DNA from: the human T2T-CHM13v2.0 reference genome, Homo sapiens
Length of the DNA: 64,000 nt
NCBI RefSeq assembly: GCF_009914755.1
Contig: NC_060936.1
Direction: 5' to 3' (one strand)
Shown piece after piece: positions 51,217 through 64,000 of this stretch (within the stretch, counting starts at the first letter, position 1; each line of letters starts with the position of its first letter). The position numbers and the translations under genes are program-made. The notes beneath the pieces were generated by a model, which was not told the DNA's origin, searched no databases, and saw only the letters and a list, made by a program, of their open reading frames with translations.

Positions 51217-51772
51217 ATAAAGTTATGCCAAAAATACAGCAACAAATACAGAAAAAGTATTAACAAACGGAGAAGCCCCAGATACACGTACAGTAACAAT
51301 ACAAAAATGTGACTGGTCAAACAGCTCAAGTTCACATTTAACACTTTCAATTATTTTTAATTACACTATTTCTGTTCAAAAGAATGTTTTCCTTACATAC
51401 AACCATGATCAGTCTTTAGTCTCAATCGTACCAAAATAAAGCTATATATAAGCACTCTGACTAGGTAAGGTGTGAAGTACCCCGTGAGTTGCTCTGTGGC
51501 TTGAGATGGGACACATGGTCTCAAATGACTCTTATGCATGCCTTGCCTTAAGAAAGAAAAGTAATGTTGATGGTTTAAAAAGTAAGTACTTTTTGAAGCA
51601 GCAGATGAAATGTGTTTACTACCAGCCTAAATCAAAGAACATGGCAAGAGCAAGATTGTTCTCAGGAAGGAAACCATAAATATGGCATTTATGTAAAATC
51701 CTTGCAGCATCTGACCATGCTTTTATCTTTAAAAAAAAAAAAAATCCTCACTTTCTTAAGTATAAGTAACAG

Positions 51773-51778
51773 TTTATT
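51773..51778 (-). terminator. Proximal canonical poly(A) signal AATAAA
   Basis: Minus strand TTAATAAACTG, followed ~30 nt later by a U14 run (51731-51744). Confidence 0.5.
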
Positions 51779-52191
51779 AATTTTTTTTTTTACAGTGAGA
51801 TATGGCTATGGGAAGCAGGTGATACTATTTGTTTAAGAAACTGGGATGCCAACTAACACGTGGAGTTCCCCAAGACTTTGCAATCTCCATTTGTGAGTTT
51901 CTGTAAAAAAGGGAACCCAGCTAGAGGATTCACAGAGACCTTGAATGACAAGCGACATACTCGAAATCTGCAGCTCTCCTCCCGGAGGGCCCAGCGTGCC
52001 AGGAGACACGCTGCAGTAAGGCACTTACCAAGCTCCTTTGGATAGAGGGAAAGAAGAAATCAATCCAGGCAACATGCAAGTTTCAGTGAAGTCAGACATT
52101 TTATGGGAATTTAAAGTCTTGCCTGTTCTCAGTGCACCCCAGTCAGTTACTGACATGTCAGCCTCAGAAACCGCACATGGCCTCAGGAAGG

Positions 52192-52352
52192 TCAGGCCCT
52201 CCTGCTGGTGGGCACGCCATTGGCTCTTGATCGCTGATGGTCTCGATGATGGTCATATTTCACAGAAATAATGAGGAAAAGCAGGAGGGTAGCTCCTTGA
52301 ATAGCAGCCAGAAGGAAAAAGTAATAGTTCAAATAGCAGCCGTTAATATTAC
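52192..52352 (-). CDS. SLC15A4: SLC15A4 last exon, coding part, ending in TGA
   Basis: Acceptor ttttgttttctccag|GT. Translates [53 protein letters not shown] (last TM helix plus C-tail), in frame with the two upstream exons and recognised as the human SLC15A4 C-terminus. Confidence 0.97.
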
Positions 52353-53344
52353 CTGGAGAAAACAAAAGGAAAGCGGCAGGTAAGCTGCGCTGCTACAGGT
52401 ATTTTTTCAAGACTTTACTATTTAATCTGGTTCCCACTAAGGTTTAACTGGAGTCATAAAAAAAGTAACAAATGTTGTCTCTGTAGTCCAAAATGCACAA
52501 GCATCTTGCTTTCAAAACCACTGAAGAAGCTCCCTGAAGTCAGATACATTGCCACCGGGGGCTCTGGAGGTGGGCTGTCTGCAGCCCCCCACCTGCCCCT
52601 AGCAGCCCATCCCTCTCTTCTGTAAGGTAAAAGGAGGAGGTTCCCTGAGGAAACTAGAAAAGGTAGCTCCCCAGTACTCAGGAAAATCCCTGCGTGGCCT
52701 GCAGACACACATGCGGTGGTGAAGGGGACAGTGTCGACGGAGAGTGTGCCTAAGGCCGCACGACAAGGCTGCAAATCAGGAGCAAGGGGAAACCTGCCAA
52801 CCCAGCCTCCTGTGACTGCTAATCCCCCCACACCAGAACAGCTGGGCAAAGTAAAAAATTACCTTCCTGTGTTCTTGCCACCAGAAACAAGTGTTAGCCG
52901 GTCTGGTGTTATTTCCTTCCTGCCTTTTCTGAGGCAGTGTTCCTCTCCTCAACTACTTCAGGGGAACTTCCTCCATTTATAGTTATGATTGGCCTGGAAC
53001 TGCATTGTTGAGGAAGGCAGATGCGAAGATAACAAAAGAGCGCCTGACTATCTCTTTATCGAATCCTGAGGTGAGCGTCTTTGTAACTTGGCTATGGAAC
53101 CTGTGCACTTTTTAGCATCACAGATTGCACTATGACACAGCCTGAACATCGTGAATTCTGGATTCACTGCATGGGTCACTGACACACCCAACACACCAGG
53201 GCCGACAGCTGGGCAATGTATCAAAGGAAGAGATGAGCTGGTTTCTGAATGTGTCTTAAACATGTTCAGGTTTTAGCATCCTCAAACTGACACAAGCAGA
53301 TACCTCTGCATACTTTAATACAAAGAGTTAGCATACACTGAATA

Positions 53345-53590
53345 CCCAACCGAGTCCCGGGCACTATGGAGGCACTTTACACGCAACGTCTGCATCCCAA
53401 GCAGGCTGGACAGCACAGAGGATAAGATCATGGGCCATGCAGCTCAAGCTATAAGGCTTGAATCCGGCCTCTGAGACCTCTGTGCTCAGTTTCCTCATCT
53501 GTAAAATGGGGAAAGCGCCGAGGAGCAGCATTTCAGAAAGGCACTCAAGAGGGAGCCTGGACGCGGTGAGGGTGCTAGCAACACGTGCCA
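53345..53590. mobile_element. MIR in the last SLC15A4 intron
   Basis: ctctgtgctcagtttcctcatctgtaaaatgggg core. Confidence 0.8.
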
Positions 53591-54138
53591 CGGTCATGAT
53601 CCCCCTTTCACAGAGGTCTGGAACTGTCCACTCTGCAAACTGGCAGTCTCTCCGCCAGAGAACAGAGTTCAGCCAGCACCGGCTAACATCACCACTCAAT
53701 GTGCAGACGTGGGAACGACGTGTGAGCAGAAAACGGCAGGACTTTTAGCTCGTCATGACTGGTCATCCAGGCCAAGCCGAGTGTCGCCCTGTGCTCTCCA
53801 CCACGGCTGCTCCTGCCACCATGGCGTCCCTCTGTCTCCGTACCATGTACATCACCTGCCACCAGCTGGAAAGCACTGCTGCACGTTTCTGCACGAGGTC
53901 GCAGGTGCGTGTGGCCGGCAACATCACGAGGGGAGCGAGTGCTCTGGAATCAAGTTGCTCCATTTTCTGCTCCTCTTCAAAAACACTTTCTCATTTGTTT
54001 ATTTTAAAAAGTGAGACTTCCTTTCTTCTGAAGACCTTTTTAAAGCTGGGTTATTCTGGCACTTCCTTTTTCTATCTGAACATATACTGCATGTTCAACA
54101 GTGCATTTATCAAATAAACACAATATAATACACGTCTG

Positions 54139-54424
54139 GGCCAGGCGCAGTGGCTTATGACTATAATCCCAGCACTTTGGGAGGCCAAGGTGGGTGATCA
54201 ACTGAGGTCAGGAATTCAGAATCAGCCTGGCCAACACGATGAAACCCCGTCTCTACTAAAAATACAAATAATTAGCCAGGCGTGGTGGCTGGCGCCTGTA
54301 ATCTCAGCTGCTTGGGAGGCTGAGGCCAGAGAATTGTCACTTGAACCCGGGAGGTGAAAGGCTGCAGTGAGCCAAGATGGTACCACTGCACTCCAGCCCG
54401 GGCAACAAACGTGAAACTCCATCT

Positions 54425-54460
<36 letters not shown>
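54139..54460 (+). mobile_element. AluSx (antisense to SLC15A4, last intron)
   Basis: Dimer with a long A tail. TSD approximately ACAC(g/a)TCTG. Confidence 0.95.
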
Positions 54461-54463
<3 letters not shown>

Positions 54464-55079
54464 CACACATCTGTATGGTGAGATCTCACACATTTTTAAA
54501 GAGTGCTCATTCACACCAATTAAAGAAGATCATTTCCTGTGTCTACTGATTTAGAAAGACAGCTGCTAATACCCTGAATTCTACCAGACTAAAGCTTTAT
54601 TTTTTCAACAGATGTTTTACACTATTCGTTCAACCCTTACGACCTACCAGGCTCTGTCCTGGGCACTCAGTGGAAATGCAAACCCCAGCTTCCTGGAGCC
54701 TGGCACTAGCTGTCACTGCTGTCCCAACACTGGCATTTGACGCTACTGAGACGAGGTTGTCATCAAAATATAAACGACATCATTTTATGTGCCTATTTTG
54801 AAATACGAGTCTCCCCAAATGTACCAGTCACTGAAAACTTCCCGAGCTAAAGCTGGCAGGCCACGTGAACTGAAGGCTGAGGCCACATGAACTGAAGGCT
54901 GCGCGGCCCTGCGGGAGTGGAGGTGCGGTCCAAGCCCGCAGGCAGACACACCACGCCTCGTCAGGGTCTGTCTCAGGGTGGCATTACACAGGGTATTCGG
55001 AAACGCCTAAGTCGCCTGGGAGAAAACCTGCCGTGCATTCCTGGGCCTCTTCACAGACAGAAGGATAATTACACAGGAA

Positions 55080-55545
55080 GATGGCAAACACTAGGGTTTT
55101 GACATTTGACAAGACAGACTCTTGGGTCCCCAAGGAATGAGCGCACCCGCCCCCCAGGCTCACAGGCAGGGCAGGTATTCACAACAGCCCCACACTGCCA
55201 ACATCTGGGCACCCACCGACAACAGCATGGATAAATGCCTCGTGACGGCTCGTACGAAGGAGCAGTACTCAGAAGTACAGGGGAGATGCTCACAGACAGA
55301 AGTGCTAAGTGAAAGGAGACAGCCACAGCCCAGCACAGGACAGGCGAGGGTAACCTGTGGGGACCAACGCTGGAATAGAACAGGTTTACCTTCTGAGGGG
55401 GGCAGTAAACTAAGGAGAGAGGCAAGGAGGGCTTCCAAAAGTTCCTCCACTGAGATCCAGACTGCAAACACAGCAAGCTGTGCTTAAGATTAGAGACCTT
55501 TACTATGGTATGCACGTTCTCCCCAGCTTAAATAACACTAATAAA
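55080..55545 (+). mobile_element. Highly decayed L1M 3' fragment
   Basis: gtattcacaacagc, gcatggataaa, gtgctaagtgaaaggagacag. Confidence 0.55.
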
Positions 55546-57222
55546 AGGAGCCTGCTGGGAGGTCGGTAAGAAAAACACAATGTAACAAAACTCTGGGGAC
55601 TCTCCCTTCACAGTGCTGTGACTTTACAGAAAGCTATTTCCTGTGTCGGTCACGAGATGGTGAGGTAGGGCCAGGGATAAGGGTGGCACAGACACCCCCG
55701 GAACCTGGCCTGAGAGCTGCTGCTCCTTCCAAGGCCACACAAATTCAGGGAGAACTCTCTCTGAGGAGCGGGCTTCCTGTGGATTTCCCATGTCACAGCC
55801 TTTATTTCTCTACCCAGGACGCCAAGGGCTGCTCGACAGATGAGCTCCAACTCTCCTTACTGGTGTGAACCAAGGAGGCTGCCATGCAGCCAGGGGGCAC
55901 AGCCTGGGGGCTGCTGGCAAACACGCCTCCTTCATGAAACATTTCCCATTCTTGAAAACAACAGACAGATCCTGGCCCATCCCCAGCACACACGCCCTGA
56001 GAGCACCAATGCAGGGGAAGTCCACAAACAACCTGTCAGACAGAAATGATGAATGAAAGGTCAACTCTGAGATGTGAAATTAAATTAAGAATGAGGATTA
56101 AATGACTAGAAAGCAACGAGAATGACCAGCCAATCCTTTATGACACATTTAAAGATAAAACAAAAACCAAGAACCAGAATCTTCGTCTTCAGAACTATGG
56201 ACTTTGGTCTTTCTTTGAAGGAAGTCTGTCCCATGTACCACAAGAGGATCTTATTCCTCGGGCTGTTCATCTTCAGGAGAAGGTGGGAATGAAACACCAG
56301 CCCCAAATCCACATGTCCTCCTCAGAGCAAGCAGCCCTGAGCTGGCCATGGAGGTGGCACCCACAGCCAGAAAACATCAGTGACAAGTGTCCATGGGACA
56401 TTGGTGGCTTGGAGTTCTGGGCTTTACATTAGGACTCCACAGGCCTATACTCATGGAAGGGCTCTGGGAATTCTGCAATTTCTGCAGAAAAGTCCCTAAA
56501 CGTTCACCAGATTCTCAAGGGGATTTGTAACCTAAAAGTGGCTAAGTACTACCGGACCAGAGCAAATGCCACATGATTATACAAGAAAAAGTAACAAGGT
56601 TGTTTCTGTAGATAAAATATTTTTACAAAGGAAAAGAAAGAAGAAACCTTCGCTTGCTGGGTCCATTTAAAGGCATCGTAAACCTGGAGAAAGCAAAACT
56701 CAGCTTTTATGAGTGGTTCTGTTCAACACTCAAGATGCCACCTACTGGTATTAATTGTAAAAACCCATTATGATTGATCACAAGTAATATGTTTATTTTT
56801 AAAAGTAACTTACTATCTATCTTGTCTTTTTCGTATCAGAAAAGGTGCTGTTAGGAAAAGAAAACGAAAGTACACCACCAAGTTAAAGAAAGGGAAGCTT
56901 GGGGTACAGATTCAGCTGCCTCACAAGACTGAGCTGGACGGGCGTGGAGAAGGTGCTTGTCTGTCAAGGACGTCCCCGTAAGGAGCGGTGGCTGCAGCAG
57001 CTGCTCGCTGGGCTGTGGCCAGGGCAGGCTTGGCCCCTGGGATGAGAAGAGAGGCCTGCTTGTCTCCTGAAAACCGTTCATGATGTAAGGAAACACAGTG
57101 ATGCAAGCAGCACAGAGCAGTGCTGTGGAAGGAGCGGTGGACAGGCAGCTCGGGACAGGCCATCCACGTGAAAACACCTCCGCTCACTCAGCCATCTCCT
57201 GAGTGCCTGCGCCTCCCCCTCA

Positions 57223-57462
<240 letters not shown>

Positions 57463-57780
57463 TTAACACATGGGATCAAAGCTTTCACCTAATATAGCAG
57501 AGGAAGCGTGGGGTCTCCTAGGGACTGAGTCCTGCAGACAGGCACAACCTCTTTTCTATTAGGAGGACGATGCTTACTAGCGACCAAGAATCAATGGCTA
57601 TGGGCCAACTGTTCATTCTCCTAGCCATTAGGATAATTCCTAATAAATTCAATGAGCAGAAAGTTAAACTCCTTGCTCTCAAGCTTAAAGGTAATGTGAT
57701 TTGTTGGCTCTTAGACTTTTGTGTTCCTTAAAGAGATTAGAGAAAAAATTTTCCTATATTGTCAAGGAATGGGAGTTTGA

Positions 57781-58137
<357 letters not shown>

Positions 58138-58855
58138 ACAAGGGCAATAGACTTCAAAACTATTTTGGCAGGCCCATCTATAAATTTAGATTTTTATAAC
58201 TAGACACGGAGATTTGTAGTGTATTCTAAATAGAAGTCCATTCCGTTATGATTTATTCCCTTTACAAATTCATTAGCCAATTCTGGATGAGTTTTCTACA
58301 GTGAAAACCACCACTGACTACTACCCACACATCCATCCACCTCTGCATATCACTCATTTTCTCTTCTCTCTCACTCTCAGCAGCCGGACAGATCTGCCCA
58401 GAATACACTTGTTCAACCACTGCAGGATCTCACTAATAGGAAAAGGGAGGCCTGTGAGAACACGTTTCTAAAAATTAGATCTGCTTCTTTACGTACATCT
58501 AAACGAAGCGCACTGAGAGCTGTGAGCTCAGCCCAGCCACCACGGCAGCATGGCCGAGGGCTCCGCTGGGAACTATCCAACCACGATTGCTTTCTTCTTC
58601 TCTGTCCTGTGGCACTTACAAGGTAGTTAACAAACTTTCATGAAAATATTTTGCGATACTGTTTTTACACAAAGAATGGAGAACCTCAGCACTGGTGTGT
58701 TTACCTAGCGATTCATATTCTAAACCACACACTGCCAAAAACTACAGAAGTGCTGTGCTATCCTTGTCTCAACATATTCCAACAGCACAGTCAGAATGCC
58801 CGAGCGCTCACGCTTGTGCCTGGACTCAGACACCTCCGGCACTAAAGGTCCTCAC

Positions 58856-59011
58856 CTGCGATACTTGCAAAGATCTCGCTGATCCCAATCAGCAAGTACT
58901 GCGGCACCTGCCACCACAGCGACAGATCGGCAGCATGGTAGACGACGTTGCCGATGGTCTGATTAATGGTTTTCTCTTTAACAAGGTTCAGCCTTTTACT
59001 CTCCAAAATTC
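58856..59011 (-). CDS. SLC15A4: SLC15A4 internal coding exon (third from last; 156 nt, phase 1/1)
   Basis: Minus strand reads ttctag|GAATTTTG...ATCGCAG|gtgagg. Translates [52 protein letters not shown](G), with the POT/PTR-family WQxPQY motif and an NQT sequon. Confidence 0.97.
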
Positions 59012-59471
59012 CTAGAATTCAAAAGTAGGTTAGTGTAATATTCATTTATTAACATTTACAGTTAATCTAAAAATCTGATGTTGGCTACGAGACTTCGTAG
59101 CAAACGTGATTCTGATGCGTGAAAGGACCACGTCTAATCACAGCTTCCCCCAGGACTAATAGGCCCCCAGCCTTCAGCCTCCTAAGCAGGCTGAGTGGAG
59201 GTCATGGCATAGCACACCTATTTCACTTCGGCTTTTTACAGCATCTTATATAAAATCAGATGTTCAACATGTTTCATTTAATCCTCAAATATCTGGATTG
59301 CTCACCCATACCTCGTTTGTCTCTTACAAAGGGGAGTAGGAGAAAGTTAAAAAGTCCTACTGTAGAATTAACAGTAGTGCTATTTTACCCAACAGCAGGT
59401 AATACTGAGATGTTCTTCCAATCATAGTGATGGATCGAAGGTGATCTACTGATTTATTATTATAACAACAA

Positions 59472-59498
59472 ATGATGATAATAATGATGATGATGATG
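59472..59498. repeat. Short (ATG/ATA)n repeat
   Basis: atgatgataataatgatgatgatgatg. Confidence 0.8.
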
Positions 59499-62099
59499 TT
59501 GGTTTCCCTGCATAGGGTAGGCTTAATCTTTGCAACAAAGTAAGCTGACTTCACAAATCAACCTGTGCTCTCAGCAGCATTGAGATCTCACTGCAGGTGC
59601 AGGCTAAGTTACTGGTCACCTATCAAGTGTAACAGAAAGACATGAGAAAAACAAGCAAGGGCAGCAGCTCCTACTCTATAAACAAAAATCAGCCACTGGA
59701 AATAAAGTGTAAAAGCATCTATTCGCAGGTCCAAGTCCTTAGGTTAAAGATACCACCAAGTTTTATTTTATAAAGAATTCTTATTGCAAATTAGGTCACA
59801 GGCCCTAATATTTAAAGCGTATGTAAAATATGTTTATTTTAAAACATGAGTATGAAGAAAGGTCTGGTCAGAGGGCAATGGAATGAAAATATTAAAAATG
59901 TTCCTTCTAAAACCTGAGCATGAGAAAGGACCAGGATATGATTCATAGGGCGATGAGAACACAAACTCTGGAATTTCCACCTCAAATCTCAACTGAAATG
60001 CCAAGCAAAGTGAAAACATTCTCCAGGATCAAAGTAGAGAGAGACCTTCGAGCCAACCCACAGCTTACTTCCATCAGAAAACCTGCAGCCCCACCCTGGA
60101 AGAGTGTCAAGGGAAACCCAATCCTTCCACTCCGCCCTCCACGGGAGAAACATAAACGCAGACCCAGGCAAGGACAGCAAACTATTTAGAGCCCTTAGTT
60201 GTTCTGGAAAGGACATCTGAGGGCATCTTAATCAGGCAAGGCTGGTAGTGACAATAGGGACTGTCCCCAAATGACAGCCTTCCTCCCGACAGGGCAGCTG
60301 ACAGCAACCATAGCACTGCACCCCTAGCCCTGGCATCAGCGCCTTCAAACACGAAGAATGAACTGTGTGACAATGGCTTCCCCTAGACACCCAAGGTCCT
60401 CAGCTCCCACCTGCTCCCCTGGGACCATAGCTGACTACACTGGTCCCCACTCCTTGAATGGGAACAGAACCTATGCAACTCAAGCAGAAATTCAGGTCTA
60501 TTTTGGAAATAAACACGAAAGCTGAATACCACTTTTCTCCTTCACAGGAGAGGAGGAGAGCCTAAGGATGACACCAAAGTGTCTGCAGGGGGCGGGACAA
60601 GGGAAGGTTACTCATGCGGAGGACAATAAGTAGATTTTATAACCTGAATGGGAAAGATACTACTATTGCTACTGGCATAGTTCTACCAGAGAACTTGTCT
60701 TATTATTCAAGAAAACACAGACTCTGAAGACTAAGGATGAAAAAGGTAACAAAGAAATTAAGGGGACGTTGGCTTAAGAGAGACACAAATGATGAGATCA
60801 AGAATTAGGAGAAGAGAAAATGAGAAAATAAATAGGCCTGATTATTGGTGAGGCTGTTGGCAGAGAGATGAGCAGCGGCAAAGGCGCACACACAGCCAAC
60901 ACTGCAGAAACCAGGATCGGGACGGGTGCCCCCAGTCACGAGCGAGGCGGAGAGGTAAAGCCAATGGGGAAAATGACCCTGCCTGTGAACAACTGAGAGC
61001 CCTGGAGAGGCTGGGACAGGCCGAAAAGCAGCAGGGTTCAGGCTGAGTGACAGTGACATGGCAAGCGGGCACCCAGTAAAAACAAGCATGGGATGCGACG
61101 CTGGATAATCAACACAGCAGTCAGGATAAATGAGCCAAATCCTTCAGATAAAAGTCATCCACTTGTATCAGTTCAAAAAATAAACAAAACTGAGTATTAC
61201 GGTTAATACACAGAACTAAAGCATAATATAACCCAAAGATTGTAAATAAAGGAGAGGACAGGCCAGGATGTATCAGACAAACAATCATAAAGGGAAGAGG
61301 TGTCAACAAAAATACCAAGAAGAGAGAAAAAGAATCAAAAACCAAAATAACCAATAGGTGCCATGTATGAATTGTTCCTTGTGTGATGAGCCGCTTTTGT
61401 TGATGGATTCACAGACAGCACCTCATTTATTATTCACAGTAAGCCGGGGGGAGAAATAACCCAAGCTCATTTGAAGATGAGGAAAATGAGACTTGGAGAC
61501 AACTGGCAGAGCTGAGGCCAGGCTTCACACCCGGCTCTCAACGATGCCACATGCGCTACCTTCCAACCCAACGGCTGTTTCACTATGGATGACACATAGT
61601 ATCCAGACACAACACAAATCATGAACTTTACTGTGAATTAAAATACCATCTGGCTGCTAGAATCTCACAGGAATACACTTCTTTTTGTCCTTGTCAGAAC
61701 AGGTAGACGAAAAAAAAAATACAGCTTTATTTGGCATAAAGTTTACAAACTACAGACACAAATAGAAAGCGAGGCCCCAGACCGACTTCATGACAACAAA
61801 TAATTCTTGAGGCCTACAACATGTCCGGGACGACACGACGAATCGGACAGACACAAAGATCCGGGTCCTCGTGGGGCTCCCTTCTGACAGGCTTATGTTT
61901 TAAGCCCACATGGTGTTTTAGAAAGTGTTCGGGCAGGACCTGTCTGTGCCTTCCCATTCACCACAGACCCACTGTGTTATTCTTGGACCATGCACTCATC
62001 CCCATGGCCTCAGGCCCACTGCCAGTACTGGAGTTTAAGACTCCTGCTGTAAAAGACCTAATTAATACCGTTGGTAGTATTACAATACATGAATCATGC

Positions 62100-63530
<1,431 letters not shown>

Positions 63531-63538
63531 ATAGGAAA

Positions 63539-63795
63539 TTTTTTTTCTTTTTGAGACAGAGTCTCACTCTGTTGCCCAGGCTGGAGTGCAATGGCATGAT
63601 CTCAGCTCACTGCAACCTCCACCTCCTGAGTTCAAGCGATTCTCATATCTCAGCCTCCGAGTAGCTGGGATTAAAGGCATGCGCCACCACGCATGGCTAA
63701 TTTTAGTATTTTTAGTAGAGATGGGGTTTCACCATGTTGGCCAGGCTGGTCTCAAACTCCCAACCTCAGGTGATCTACTCGCCTTGGTCTCCCAA
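63539..63795 (-). mobile_element. AluS (5'-truncated)
   Basis: Antisense Alu ending at ggtctcccaa. Confidence 0.9.
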
Positions 63796-63901
63796 GGGAA
63801 AATCTTTTAAATGGGAAAAAATCCATAAGCTAAGAGATAAAAATTTGAAATCCTTAAATAATCATGATCTATTACGTAACAACACAAAAAAAGAAAAACC
63901 T

Positions 63902-64000
63902 GGCCGGGTGTGGTGGCTCATGCTTATAATCCCAGCACTTTGGGAGGCTGAGGTGGGCAGATCACGAGGTCAGGAGATCGAGACCACGATGAAACCCTGT
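63902..64000 (+). mobile_element. Alu 5' part (cut by the window end)
   Basis: ggccgggtgtggtggctca...gatcacgaggtcaggagatcgagacc. Confidence 0.9.

Larger units (their letters stand above)
51190..52191 (-). other. SLC15A4: SLC15A4 3' UTR (distal end approximate)
   Basis: Repeat-free AU-rich sequence after the stop codon. It ends near a variant hexamer followed by a GU-rich element. Confidence 0.8.

Noticed and set aside
53763-53963. 66-aa sense ORF in the SLC15A4 intron (MEQLDSRALAP...) as an alternative exon
   Set aside because: No convincing polypyrimidine acceptor and no transporter-like sequence.

Overview
Human (primate) genomic DNA, dense in Alu, L1, MaLR/ERV-LTR, MIR and L2 repeats. 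The only protein-coding content I can support is the 3' end of SLC15A4 (PHT1, endolysosomal POT/PTR-family peptide/histidine transporter) on the minus strand. Three GT-AG-bounded coding exons (58856-59011, 57261-57419, 52192-52352) splice in frame to ...[158 protein letters not shown], followed by a ~1 kb 3' UTR. None of these exons appears in the supplied ORF track in the correct frame. From gene identity the locus is inferred to be 12q24.33, and the first ~51 kb are intergenic DNA downstream of the gene. I found no convincing new multi-gene system. The best second-look items are: tandem poly(A) site architecture; two symmetric exons bracketed by inverted Alus; a cryptic acceptor in the last intron; a duplicated E-box/M-box module; an antisense perfect-Kozak ORF; a fossil hAT (Blackjack-like) transposase with an unusual duplicated junction at an L1 5' end; and a GAS-bearing ERV1 solo LTR upstream of a well-formed candidate exon. 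Repeat subfamily names come from recalled consensus sequences, and repeat boundaries are approximate.
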